Below are positions 49,293-59,178 of a stretch of 64,000 bases of DNA, piece after piece (positions within the stretch are counted from its first letter, which is position 1; every line of letters starts with the position of its first letter). Location of the stretch: contig JBHOQS010000022.1 in assembly GCA_042408875.1 (NCBI GenBank), forward strand, positions 368,424-432,423, given 5' to 3'. The notes below the pieces were generated by a model. It had not been told where the DNA came from. It did no database searches and saw only the letters and a program-made list of their open reading frames with translations. The position numbers and the translations under genes are program-made. This DNA is from Chloroflexota bacterium. Lineage in GTDB: Bacteria; Chloroflexota; UBA11872; JBHOQS01.

Positions 49293-51740
49293 ATGGACTT
49301 TCGCGACCGGCTGCGCGGCCTGCTGGGTGGCCGCCGCGGCCCTGTGCCATCGGATACTCTCCGCGAGCGCCCGGAATCTTCCTGGGAGCCGCGCCTTTGG
49401 ACGCCCGGCCATGCGCCGGCCGGGCCCAGTGGCCGCCTCTTGCTGGACCTGGGCGCCGGGGTCCGACTCTATGAAAATGCCTTCGCGGTAGGTGAGCATA
49501 TCTTCGGCCGGCGGCGCTACCCGTCCCACCGTCTGGAGCGGCTGCGTCCTCCTGATCCTGCCGAGCCCCAGGGCTGGCTGGATACCCTGCCCTCGCCCGA
49601 AGACCTCCAGGCGCAGGTGCCAGAGCGCCGTGAGGTGTTCCTGCACTTCACCCCGGCCATGGCCGCGACGCTGGAACGCATCGCTCTCCTGGGTGCCCGC
49701 GCTCGCCGGCAGCGTCGCGGGCTCTTCGTCTTGCTGACCGGCCCCACTGGCTGCGGCAAGACCACCATGGCGAAGACGTATTGCTGGCTGGCGAACCAGC
49801 CGTGCGTGGAGATTACTTTCAGCGGGGACACCACGCTCTCTGACTTCCTGCGCAGCACCGAGGTCACAGCCGACGGCGGTGGCCAGAGCACGTTCACTGC
49901 GCTGGGGCCCCTCCTGGATGCCATGCTCTCCGGCAAGATCGTGGTGCTGAACGAGATCAACATGGCTCAGCCAGACCTCCTGAGCGTGCTGTTCCAGGCC
50001 ATGGACACTGGCTGGCTGGTGGTCTCGGGCACGCAGTCGGGCAACTTCGAGATCCAGATGCACCCCGACTTCGGCATCATCGCGACAGCGAACCCCAACT
50101 ACACCGGCACGTCCGAGATGGGGGAGTCGCTGGAGCGGCGGTTCGGGCGTGGCCTGGGGCTCGTGCCGATGGACTTCGTACCCCCAGAGGAAGAGGCTGA
50201 GGCGGTGCTGCACGAGCTGGAGCTGCTGCGCCCGGCCGGCTGGGAGGCCTGGCCACCCTTTGATCTGGAAGCCTGCCGTCGTGTGACCGGCTGTGTCGCT
50301 GAGCTGCGCGCTGACGCGGCGATGGGCGAGGTGCTGCGGAACCGGCTCTCCACCCGCGTGATCGTCCACTGGCTGGCCGTGGCTGGGCTGAGCGGGCTGC
50401 CTCTTGAGCGGGTGGCCGAGCGCGCGGTGCTACCATTAGTGCCCGAGGAGGCGCGGGCGGCCACGCTGGCCCGTCTCCTGGCTGTGGTACAGAGCATCGG
50501 TCCGAAGCGTCAGGGACCGGTGCGACCCTGGCCGCTCACCGCCGGCCCCGAACAGGTCGTGCCCGTTGTGGTCCTGACCGGCGCGGCATCGCGGCGCCGC
50601 AGCAGTGATCCAGTAGCGCGCGGTGCTTCGCCATGGCCGGCGCGCTCGGCACCAGCGATCTACCGACTACGCCATGTCCTAACACTGGAGGATGGCACGC
50701 GCGTGCTGGTGGCCGAGGCGCTGCGCCAGCGCGACGATGGCGTCCGCATGCCCCTCGGACTGAAGCTGCGCGCGTACGGCCCTGACGGCAAGCGCATCAC
50801 TGACCCCGCCGAACTGGCCGCGTTGGAGCAGCGGCTGCGCGCCGAGTACGGGCTGAATGTTCCGCAGCCGCTCGGCCGCCACGTCACACCCGATGAGATC
50901 CTGCCTTGCCTCACCGACGCCATGCTCGAGGCGCTCCGTCTTCTGGATGCGGCGGTGCGCCTGGGCCGGCCAGTGCTGCTGCGCGGTCCGACCGGCTGCG
51001 GAAAGTCTGCCCTGGCGCGCACGCTGGCTTACCTCGAGCAGGCGCCGCTTGTTGAGTTCTCGTTTACCGGCGAGACGGCCAAGTCAGACCTGGCGGCCAG
51101 CCGACGGCTGGTTGGTGGGGTGACGCGCTGGACCGAAGAGGCCTTCCTGGAGGCGCTTACCGGCGGCGCCACAGTGCTGGTGAACGATTACAACGTGGCC
51201 TATCCGGACGTACACTCGCTGATCAACAGCCTGTTCGACAAGGGCGGTCGCATCACGCTGCCGAACGGCATGACGCGGCGGCTGCATCCACAGTCCCGCC
51301 TGGTGGCGACAGCGCGGCCAGATGGGCCGGGCGTGAAGCCCTTAAACGAGGGGGTAGAGAACCGCTTCGGCGCCATCATCGGCCTGGACTATCCCCGGCC
51401 AGCGGAGGAGGCAGCGCTGTTAAGCTTCGTGGCCGCCGACGGCACGCTGCCGCGCTATCGCCTGCAGCCGATCACCGAGCTCATCGGCTACTGCCGCCGC
51501 GTGGTGGCGGGCGCCCCGCCGGCCGACCCAGCGTTCCCCCTGCCGGAGGTCTCGGACGACATTCTGCGCGATGCCGCGCGTGCGTTGACACTGAGCACTG
51601 CCGAGCTCGTGGCGCTAGCCCGCCACGCCGACGGCTGGGACACCTTCGTCGAGGGCCTACGCACCGCCGTGCTCGAGCATGCGTCACCGCATGCCGTCGC
51701 TGTGCTGGAACCGGCACTGGTGCAGGCCGGGGTGCTCTGA
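49293..51740 (+). CDS. Tandem double AAA_5 (MoxR/dynein-related) ATPase, 815 aa, no VWA/MIDAS domain
   Basis: Two Walker A motifs with the Cys-containing GPTGCGKT form (LLTGPTGCGKTTMA at ~aa 150; LLRGPTGCGKSALA at ~aa 575). Each is followed by a Walker B (VVLNEINMA / VLVNDYNVA) and arginine-finger regions. RBS AAGGAGAGG. Confidence 0.75.
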   Translation: MDFRDRLRGLLGGRRGPVPSDTLRERPESSWEPRLWTPGHAPAGPSGRLLLDLGAGVRLYENAFAVGEHIFGRRRYPSHRLERLRPPDPAEPQGWLDTLPSPEDLQAQVPERREVFLHFTPAMAATLERIALLGARARRQRRGLFVLLTGPTGCGKTTMAKTYCWLANQPCVEITFSGDTTLSDFLRSTEVTADGGGQSTFTALGPLLDAMLSGKIVVLNEINMAQPDLLSVLFQAMDTGWLVVSGTQSGNFEIQMHPDFGIIATANPNYTGTSEMGESLERRFGRGLGLVPMDFVPPEEEAEAVLHELELLRPAGWEAWPPFDLEACRRVTGCVAELRADAAMGEVLRNRLSTRVIVHWLAVAGLSGLPLERVAERAVLPLVPEEARAATLARLLAVVQSIGPKRQGPVRPWPLTAGPEQVVPVVVLTGAASRRRSSDPVARGASPWPARSAPAIYRLRHVLTLEDGTRVLVAEALRQRDDGVRMPLGLKLRAYGPDGKRITDPAELAALEQRLRAEYGLNVPQPLGRHVTPDEILPCLTDAMLEALRLLDAAVRLGRPVLLRGPTGCGKSALARTLAYLEQAPLVEFSFTGETAKSDLAASRRLVGGVTRWTEEAFLEALTGGATVLVNDYNVAYPDVHSLINSLFDKGGRITLPNGMTRRLHPQSRLVATARPDGPGVKPLNEGVENRFGAIIGLDYPRPAEEAALLSFVAADGTLPRYRLQPITELIGYCRRVVAGAPPADPAFPLPEVSDDILRDAARALTLSTAELVALARHADGWDTFVEGLRTAVLEHASPHAVAVLEPALVQAGVL

Positions 51741-51788
51741 AGGCCAGGGTGCTATGATGGGATCCTCCCATGCAGACATGCAGAAAGG

Positions 51789-53291
51789 ATGGAGCCGATG
51801 GCAGTCGAAGTACGTACGGCGAACAAGATAGAGGCCGGGCTTGAGCGCGCGTTGAACTACGTGGGCGGGCGCTGGGTGGAACCGGCCACCGGCCAGTGGA
51901 TCGACGTGATTAACCCGGCCACGGCGCGCCCGATCGGCCGGGTGCCGCTCTCAACGGCGCAGGACATTGATCAGGCGGTGCAGGCGGCCAAGGCAGCCTT
52001 CCCGGCCTGGCGCGAAACCCCGCCGCTCCAGCGGGCGCGCTATATGTTCCGGCTGAAGGAGCTACTCGAGGCGCACCTGGATGACATCGCTCGACAGGTC
52101 GTGCTGGAGCACGGCAAGACGCTCGAGGACGCCCGCGGCTCGGTCCGCCGCGGCATCGAGAACGTCGAGGTCGCCGCCGGCATTCCCTCGCTCATGATGG
52201 GCTACGGCCTCGAAGATGGCGCGGCACGCGGCATCGACGAGGAAGTGGTGAAGCAGCCGCTGGGCGTCTTCGCCGCTATCTGTCCCTTCAACTTCCCAGC
52301 GATGGTGCCGTTCTGGTTCTGGCCGTATGCGGTGGCCTGCGGCAACACCTTCATCGTCAAGCCCTCGGAGCAGGTGCCACTCACCCAGCAGCGTATTTTT
52401 GAGTTGGTCGAGCAGGCTGGCTTCCCGCCCGGCGTCGTCAATCTCGTCAACGGGGCCAAGGAGACAGTCGATGCACTGTTGGCGCATCCTGACATTAAGG
52501 GCATCTCCTTCGTCGGCTCGTCGGCCGTGGCAAAGTACGTGTACAGCACCGCGGCAGCACACGGCAAGCGCGTGCAGGCGCAGGGCGGGGCGAAGAACGT
52601 GCTGGTGGTGATGCCCGATGCCGACCTGGACCAGGCGGTGCCAAACATTATCGGCTCGTGCTTCGGCGCGGCCGGGCAGCGCTGCCTGGCTGGCTCGCTG
52701 GTCATGCCTGTCGGAGAGGTGCACCGGCCACTGGTCGAGCGGCTGGTCGATGCGGCGCGGGCGCTCAGGCTCGGCTTCGGCCTGGACGAGGGCGTGGACA
52801 TGGGCCCAGTGATCTCTGATCGAGCGCGGCAGCGCATCCTGGCAGCTATCGACCAGGGTGTCCAGGAGGGCGCCACCCTGCTTCTGGATGGGCGCTCCGT
52901 GCATGTCCCGGACTACCCTGACGGCTATTTCGTCGGCCCGACGATCTTTGACAACGTCTCCCCGGAAATGCGCCTGGCGCAGGAGGAGATCTTCGGACCG
53001 GTGGTTGGGATCATCCCGGTGAAGACGCTCGACGAGGCGATTCAGCTCATTAACCGCAGTCCGTACGGCAACGCTGCGTCGATCTTCACCGCGCAGGGCC
53101 GTGCCGCGCGCCAGTTCCGCTACTACGTCGAGTGCGGCAATATCGGCGTCAACGTCGGTGTAGCTGCGCCGATGGCCTACTTCCCCTTCGGCGGCTACAA
53201 GCAGTCGTTCTTCGGCACGCTGCACGGCCAGGGTCGCGATGCCATCGAGTTCTTCACCGAACGCAAGATAGTGATCACGCGCTGGTGGTGA
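51789..53291 (+). CDS. Methylmalonate-semialdehyde dehydrogenase-like (CoA-acylating) aldehyde dehydrogenase
   Basis: ALDH fold with catalytic Cys (CLAGS) and Glu. N-terminus resembles MmsA/IolA. Confidence 0.85.
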   Translation: MEPMAVEVRTANKIEAGLERALNYVGGRWVEPATGQWIDVINPATARPIGRVPLSTAQDIDQAVQAAKAAFPAWRETPPLQRARYMFRLKELLEAHLDDIARQVVLEHGKTLEDARGSVRRGIENVEVAAGIPSLMMGYGLEDGAARGIDEEVVKQPLGVFAAICPFNFPAMVPFWFWPYAVACGNTFIVKPSEQVPLTQQRIFELVEQAGFPPGVVNLVNGAKETVDALLAHPDIKGISFVGSSAVAKYVYSTAAAHGKRVQAQGGAKNVLVVMPDADLDQAVPNIIGSCFGAAGQRCLAGSLVMPVGEVHRPLVERLVDAARALRLGFGLDEGVDMGPVISDRARQRILAAIDQGVQEGATLLLDGRSVHVPDYPDGYFVGPTIFDNVSPEMRLAQEEIFGPVVGIIPVKTLDEAIQLINRSPYGNAASIFTAQGRAARQFRYYVECGNIGVNVGVAAPMAYFPFGGYKQSFFGTLHGQGRDAIEFFTERKIVITRWW

Positions 53292-53432
53292 GCACCCGTG
53301 GCATGGCAGTTGCCTCCTTCCTGTGAGGGTCTCCTCAGCGCCCGCGTACTGGCGAGAGCCGAGGAGGGACCCGCCATGCATGCCGTGTCGTGGCGTGGAG
53401 TGAGTGGCGTGGAGTGAAAGGAGGCAACTGGG

Positions 53433-53831
53433 ATGGCAGATATCCTCGAACGCGGCAACATTTATTTCCTCTACCGCCCGCGGGTGCAGGAGGGCGCGGC
53501 TGGGGGCATCGAAGATGTCCAGCGCTTCTACATGGTGCTGAGTCCGCAGGGCAAGCGGCACCACCGGTTGATCATCGTCGGCCAGAAGCGGCTCCCGGAG
53601 ATCCACAATGGCGGGCAGCGCGCGTGGGCCTATGTGGCGCGCGTGGCCCCCACCCCGGCTGAGCTCGAGGACGAGCTTGAGCGAGCGGAATATGGCACTC
53701 GCACGCGTGGCGAGCGTGAGCGGCCCGCAGCGCGCCCGGCCGGCGAGGGTGTGTATGCGATCGCTCGCCACGATGACCATACGCACCTGGCGTACGCCCT
53801 TGAGCTGCCTGAGGAACCCGGCGAGGTCTAG
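53433..53831 (+). CDS. Hypothetical protein (GNIYFLYRPRV... N-terminus)
   Basis: Diverse amino-acid composition, protein-like. Ends at TAG 53829-31. Confidence 0.4.
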   Translation: MADILERGNIYFLYRPRVQEGAAGGIEDVQRFYMVLSPQGKRHHRLIIVGQKRLPEIHNGGQRAWAYVARVAPTPAELEDELERAEYGTRTRGERERPAARPAGEGVYAIARHDDHTHLAYALELPEEPGEV

Positions 53832-53873
53832 CGCGAGGTCGGCATCTGGAAGGAGGGTTGCTACATCCTGAGC

Positions 53874-54182
53874 GTGAAGAACCCAGATGTATCTGCGCCA
53901 CCGGGCGCAGGCCTGCGTCCGCAGCAGGAAGCTGATTTCCCCAAGCGTCTCCAGGAGCGCTTCGGCGAACGGCGGTTCATCCCTGCCGACCCGCCGGACT
54001 TCCTGAACTATGAGGGCGCCGAGCTCCTGCTCATCGGCGCTGCAGAGGACGTCTCCGACGAGCTGGGCATCCGTCTCCATCCGCAGCGGGAGACCGAGCA
54101 CAGCGCAGAGATCTTCACCCAGCTCAGGCTGGAGCGAACCCAGCATCCGGTGGAGTCGCTCTTCACTGGCGAGTGGCGCTGA
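53874..54182 (+). CDS. Hypothetical protein in the same frame as 53433..53831, separated from it only by one TAG
   Basis: The frame continues as protein-like sequence directly after the TAG (REVGIWKEGCYILSVKNPDV...). This may be the C-terminal part of a nonsense-disrupted gene. Confidence 0.35.
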   Translation: MKNPDVSAPPGAGLRPQQEADFPKRLQERFGERRFIPADPPDFLNYEGAELLLIGAAEDVSDELGIRLHPQRETEHSAEIFTQLRLERTQHPVESLFTGEWR

Positions 54183-54218
54183 CCCCTCCGCGGCCCTATC
54201 CAGACCTCTGCTTCGCAC

Positions 54219-54298
54219 CGCTCCTCAGGGGAGCAGCCACCCTGAGGACAAGGGCATGTCCGTGACGGCAGCGGCCCCTATACGAGGGGCTGCTGCCG
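54219..54298 (+). terminator. Two consecutive GC-rich hairpins downstream of the 53874 ORF
   Basis: cctcaggg-N9-ccctgagg (54219-54247) and acggcagcggcccc-tatacga-ggggctgctgccgt (54262-54298). No strong U-tract. Confidence 0.4.
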
Positions 54299-54448
54299 TT
54301 TCGCGCCCGCGCCGCGATTCCTGCGCGCATCTCGCGCGAACGCGGCGGCCTGCGGTAGAATAGCGGCTGAGCGCGAGCCTCCAGCTCGCACCTGTCGATC
54401 GGAGGGACACTTCTACTTTGCTGTGTCTATGTCCAGCATCACCTGCTG

Positions 54449-54474
54449 TTCATACTGGACGTTCATACTGGACG
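54449..54474. promoter_or_regulatory. 13-bp perfect tandem direct repeat TTCATACTGGACG x2 with an upstream imperfect inverted copy (gtccagcat), about 100 bp upstream of pepF
   Basis: Seen directly. Candidate operator. Confidence 0.4.
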
Positions 54475-54574
54475 ATCGAACACCGCAGATCTGGATCCTG
54501 CTCCCAGACAGCAGATGTTAAGCGCTAGGTAGCGTACGACACAAAACGATGACACAAGACAAGGAGCACCAACT

Positions 54575-56395
54575 GTGGCACAGGCTGTCTCGAGCTCAAG
54601 CGCCGCGGGCGTGACCTGGGATCTCTCCGACTTTTTCACCGGCCCGGATGACCCGCGCATCGAGGAAACGCTTACTCAAGCGCAGCAGCGCGCCGAGGCC
54701 TTTGCGGCGCGCTACCGCGGCACGATCAATGTTCCTGGCGGTCCCTCGGCTGACCATCTGCTGGCTGCCCTTCAGGAATACGAAGACCTCCATGACACTG
54801 CCATGCGGGTGGCGTACTACGCGCACTTGCTGTATAGCGCTGATACAACGAATGAGCTCTACCGTGACCTGGAACAGAAGGTCGAGCAGCGCACCACAGC
54901 ACTGCAGAATACGCTGCTCTTCTTCACCCTCGAGTGGCTTGATCTTGACGACGAGCTGGCGGAGCGGCTGATCAACGATCCGAAGCTGGCGACCTACCGG
55001 CATTACCTGACGTCGTCGCGCCGCTACCGCCCGCATAAGCTCAGCGAGCCTGAAGAAAAGATTGTCAACGAAAAGGATGTCACTGGCGCCAACGCTTGGC
55101 AGCGGCTCTTTACCGAGACGGTCTCGGCGCTGAGTTTCCCAGTCGAGATCGAGGGCGAGGTACGCAGGCTCACCCTGAGCGAGGTGCTCTCGCTCATGTA
55201 CGTGCCCGATCGTGACCTGCGCCGCCGCGCCATGGAGTCCCTCTACGAGGTACTTTCGCAGCACGAGCACCTGCTGACGTTTATTTACGACACACTGATC
55301 CTCGACCGCCTCACCATGGACCGGCTGCGCAAGTATCCCGATCCGATGGCCGAACGGCACCTGGCGAACGAGATCGAGCCGGAAGCGGTCGAGCGCATGA
55401 TGCAGGTGACCGAGGCGAACTACGACATCGCCCACGAGTACTTCCGGCTCAAGGCCAAGCTGCTGGGCCTGCCCAAGCTGATGCTGTACGACCAGTACGC
55501 GCCGATCTCTGCCGAGGCGCGGCCGTATACCTGGAACGAGGCCAAAGCAGCGATCCTGGAAGCGCTGGGGGCCTTCACCCCGCAGTTCCGTACAATCGCT
55601 GCCGAGTTCTTCGAGCGACGCTGGATCGATGCCGAGGTGCGGCCGGGCAAGCGCGGCGGCGCCTTCTGCGCCTCACCTTCCCCACGCTTGCATCCCTATG
55701 TCCTGTGTAACTACACCGATCGCTTCCGCGATGCCATGACCGTCGCACATGAGCTCGGCCACGGCCTGCACTACTACCTGGCGCGCACGCAGACGCCGCT
55801 GAACTACCATACGCCGCTCACGACGGCCGAGACGGCCTCGGTCTTCGCCGAGATGTTAGTGTTCGATTACCTGGTCGCACAGGAGAGCGAGCCTCGGGCG
55901 CGCCTAGCGCTGCTGGCGAGCAAGATCGAGGATAGCTTCGCCACAGTCTTTCGCCAGAACGTGCTGACGCGCTTCGAGCAGGATGCGTACAGCGCGCGCA
56001 AGGAGGCGCGGCTCACGCCGGAGAAGCTGGGTGAGTTCTGGCTGCGTCAGAACGGGCGCTACTACGGCGACACCGTAGAGATGATCCCTGGCTACAAGTG
56101 GGGCTGGTCGTACATCCCGCACTTCATCAATACGCGCTTTTACACCTATGCGTATGTCTTCGGTGAGCTGCTGGTGCTGGCGCTCTACCGCATGTACCGC
56201 GAAGAGGGTCCCTCGTTCGTGCCACGGTATATCCGCCTGCTGGAGAGCGGTGGCAGCGCGTCGCCGGCCGAGCTGCTGGCATCTGTCGGTGCGGATGTAC
56301 ACGACCCGGATTTCTGGCAGAAGGGTCTAGCCGAGCTTCGCCGCCTGGTGCAACAGGCCGCGGAGCTAGTGGAGCAGATGAAGAATACTGCGTAA
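54575..56395 (+). CDS. pepF: Oligoendopeptidase F (M3B family)
   Basis: HEXXH zinc motif TVAHELGHGLHYY and downstream Glu ligand. GTG start with AAGGAG RBS. Confidence 0.85.
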   Translation: MAQAVSSSSAAGVTWDLSDFFTGPDDPRIEETLTQAQQRAEAFAARYRGTINVPGGPSADHLLAALQEYEDLHDTAMRVAYYAHLLYSADTTNELYRDLEQKVEQRTTALQNTLLFFTLEWLDLDDELAERLINDPKLATYRHYLTSSRRYRPHKLSEPEEKIVNEKDVTGANAWQRLFTETVSALSFPVEIEGEVRRLTLSEVLSLMYVPDRDLRRRAMESLYEVLSQHEHLLTFIYDTLILDRLTMDRLRKYPDPMAERHLANEIEPEAVERMMQVTEANYDIAHEYFRLKAKLLGLPKLMLYDQYAPISAEARPYTWNEAKAAILEALGAFTPQFRTIAAEFFERRWIDAEVRPGKRGGAFCASPSPRLHPYVLCNYTDRFRDAMTVAHELGHGLHYYLARTQTPLNYHTPLTTAETASVFAEMLVFDYLVAQESEPRARLALLASKIEDSFATVFRQNVLTRFEQDAYSARKEARLTPEKLGEFWLRQNGRYYGDTVEMIPGYKWGWSYIPHFINTRFYTYAYVFGELLVLALYRMYREEGPSFVPRYIRLLESGGSASPAELLASVGADVHDPDFWQKGLAELRRLVQQAAELVEQMKNTA

Positions 56396-56456
56396 TGAAT
56401 TAACAATTTTCCTGTTACGAAACACACAGTACGCAGTAGTTCAACTGGAGCTGACG

Positions 56457-58517
56457 ATGCAAAATCTGTGGAATGATGCAGAAGCAGCACGGTACCAGGG
56501 CCTGGACTTGCTGGTGTATGCCTCCCGGCTGGTGGGCCAGGATACCAGCCTGGTGGTGTGGGGCGGCGGGAATACCTCGCTCAAGCTTACCGAGATCGAT
56601 TTCACTGGCGAGCCGGTGGAGGTGATGCGGGTGAAGGGCAGTGGCTCGGATCTGAGGACCATCCAGGCGAAGGACTTCCCCGGCGTGCGGCTGAAGTATG
56701 TCCTGCCGCTGGAGCAGCGCGGGGAGATGTCCGACGAGGAGATGGTGGCCTACCTGGCGCACTGCTTGATGGAGCCTGCCTCGCCGCGGCCCTCGATCGA
56801 GACGTTGCTGCACGCCTTCATCCCGTACCGCTGCATCATTCACACGCACGCCGATGCGATCCTGGCGCTCTGTAACACGGAGCACGGTGCCGAGTGGGTG
56901 CGGCGGGTCTACGGCCGGCAGGCCGCGCTCATCCCTTACCGCCGACCCGGCTTCCTGCTGTCCAAGCAGGTGGCCGCAGTGGTCAAAGGCGACCCGGGGG
57001 TGCGGCTGGTTATCCTCGACAAGCATGGCCTGATCACCTGGGGCGAGACGCCCAAGGAAGCCTATCTGCGCACGGTCGAGGCGGTCAACGCCGCCGAAGA
57101 GTTCGCCCGCGCGCAGCGGCGCGTGCAGGTGGCCTTCGGCGGTCCAGCGCGGCCGGCACTACCGCCGGAAGAACGCCGGCGGGTGGCGGCCGCGGTGATG
57201 CCGGCCCTGCGTGGGGCGCTGAGCCGAGAGCGGCGCGCCATCCTGCGTTTCGATGACTCCGAGGACGTGCTGGAGTTCGTGAATAGCCGCGAGGCGGCGG
57301 AGCTCTCCCAGAGTGGCCCGGCGACGCCCGATCACCTGATGAACACGAAACGTGTGCCCTGCTTCGTCGCCGTAGACGATCCGTCGGACACCGAGGCGCT
57401 GCGGACGGCGCTGGTCGAGGCAGCCGAGCGGTACGCTGCGGAGTATCGCGCCTACGTGGAACGCTGCCGCCGCGGCAGTGAGCCTGCTCTCGACCCGTAC
57501 CCGCGGGTGGTGCTGGTGCCCGGGCTAGGGATGTTCGCGGCCGGCCGGGACGTGCGCGCTGCCCAGATCAGCGCCGACATCTATCACCACACCATCAGCA
57601 TCATGCGCGCCGCCACCGGCTTCGACCGCTATGTGTCCCTCTCTGAGCAGGACTGCTTCGACGTCGAGTACTGGCCGCTGGAGCTCTACAAGCTTACGCT
57701 GGCACCCACTGAAAAAGAGCTCAGCCGGCGTATCGCCCTGGTCACCGGCGCCGGCAGTGGCATCGGCAAGGCGATCGCTCTGCGCTTCGCTCAGGAGGGC
57801 GCGCACGTTGTGGTCACCGACATCGACGGCGCCTCAGCCCAGGCGGTAGCCGAGGAGATTTGCCGCACGCATGGTGCCGGGCGCGCGGTGGCCCTCCAGC
57901 TCGACGTTGCGAACGAAGAGCAGGTCCAGGCAGTGTTCGCCGAGACGGCGCGCACGTATGGCGGGCTTGATATCCTGGTCTCCAACGCTGGCGTGGCCCC
58001 GGCCGCTGACATCGAGCATACGTCGCTGCGGGACTGGCAGCGCTCGCTCGATGTGAACGCCACCGGCCACTTCCTGGTCACGCGCGAGGCGATCCGCATG
58101 CTCAAGCAGCAAGGCATCGGTGGCAGCTTGATCTACATCGCCACCAAGAACGTGCTGGCACCTGGTCGCGAGTTCGGGGCGTACAGTGCGGCCAAGGCGG
58201 CTGAGGCCCAGCTCTGCCGGGTGGTCGCCATCGAGTGCGGCGAGTACGGCATCCGCGCCAATATGGTCAATCCCGACGCCGTGTTCAAAGACTCGCGCCT
58301 GTGGTCGCCTGAGCTACGACGCCGCCGCGCGGAGGCGCACGGCATCTCAGAAGAAGAACTCCAGGAGTTCTACCGTAAACGCAACCTGCTGCAGGTACCG
58401 GTCTTCCCAGAGGATGTGGCTGAAGCGGCCTTCTGGCTGGCCTCGGATCGTTCGCTCAAGACCACCGGCGCAATGATCCCGGTGGATGGCGGCGTGCGTG
58501 AAGCGTTCGCCCGGTAG
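56457..58517 (+). CDS. Bifunctional rhamnulose-1-phosphate aldolase (class II aldolase/adducin domain) / short-chain dehydrogenase
   Basis: N-terminal class II aldolase domain (HTHADAILAL). C-terminal SDR (TGAGSGIGKAIA, NAG, YxxxK). Confidence 0.85.
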   Translation: MQNLWNDAEAARYQGLDLLVYASRLVGQDTSLVVWGGGNTSLKLTEIDFTGEPVEVMRVKGSGSDLRTIQAKDFPGVRLKYVLPLEQRGEMSDEEMVAYLAHCLMEPASPRPSIETLLHAFIPYRCIIHTHADAILALCNTEHGAEWVRRVYGRQAALIPYRRPGFLLSKQVAAVVKGDPGVRLVILDKHGLITWGETPKEAYLRTVEAVNAAEEFARAQRRVQVAFGGPARPALPPEERRRVAAAVMPALRGALSRERRAILRFDDSEDVLEFVNSREAAELSQSGPATPDHLMNTKRVPCFVAVDDPSDTEALRTALVEAAERYAAEYRAYVERCRRGSEPALDPYPRVVLVPGLGMFAAGRDVRAAQISADIYHHTISIMRAATGFDRYVSLSEQDCFDVEYWPLELYKLTLAPTEKELSRRIALVTGAGSGIGKAIALRFAQEGAHVVVTDIDGASAQAVAEEICRTHGAGRAVALQLDVANEEQVQAVFAETARTYGGLDILVSNAGVAPAADIEHTSLRDWQRSLDVNATGHFLVTREAIRMLKQQGIGGSLIYIATKNVLAPGREFGAYSAAKAAEAQLCRVVAIECGEYGIRANMVNPDAVFKDSRLWSPELRRRRAEAHGISEEELQEFYRKRNLLQVPVFPEDVAEAAFWLASDRSLKTTGAMIPVDGGVREAFAR

Positions 58518-58592
58518 CCCGGTAGCCGCTGCGCCCAGACCCAAGCGAGAGAGCGCTGCCGGAGATGGCACGGACGGGAAGCTACGCTGCGC

Positions 58593-59145
58593 CATGAGCT
58601 ATCGAGCTTACCTCCTCGGACCGGTCCTGGCGCTGGCTTTGATCCCGTCGAACGTGGTCGCCGCAGCGCTGCCGCTCCTGCGTGCGGACTGGGATGCCAC
58701 AGCCACCACGTCCGGCTGGGTCTTCGCCGCGTACCAGGTAGGGCGGGCGCGCGCTGCCTTTGCCTGCGCCATGCTGAGCGGTGTCTGTTCGTTCGTCTTT
58801 GGCTTCCTTGCGACTGCGCCGTGGCCGGTGCTGCTCGGGATTGGCTGTGTGTACGGCTTACTCATCTCCGCAGACTCAGCGATCTATTCGACCGCGGTCA
58901 CCGAGCTAGCGCTGGCAGGGCGCATTGGCTCAGCCCAGGCCGTGCAGGCCTTCGCCGGCTTCGGGGCGACAGCCGCTGCGCCCGTGGCCGCCGGGCTGGT
59001 GCTCGATCTGGGGCTGGGCTGGGGCGGCGCTTTCGCTCTGGCCGGCGCTGCGGGTATAGCGCTGGCCCTTCCGCTCCTCCCGTTGACCAAGCAGAGTACG
59101 TTCGCAGGGTATTCCCCTGCAACCGCAGAGGCAGACGGAGCATGA
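58593..59145 (+). pseudogene. MFS transporter remnant with internal deletion
   Basis: Only ~184 aa. Starts like MFS TM1-TM2 (…SGWVFAAYQVG) then jumps to a C-terminal TM10-12-like segment (…RIGSAQAVQAFAGFGATAAAPVAAGLVLD…). The middle six or so helices are missing. Confidence 0.45.
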
Positions 59146-59178
59146 CATGCGCGCTCGCGCGGCACGCCAGACGATGCC

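Noticed and set aside
52062-54218. 718-aa minus-strand ORF
   Set aside because: It lies opposite the aldehyde dehydrogenase gene. This is the well-known antisense-ALDH artefact, historically mis-annotated as NAD-specific glutamate dehydrogenase. Its extension past 53291 is Arg/Ala/Leu-rich, and the plus-strand small ORFs there look more protein-like.
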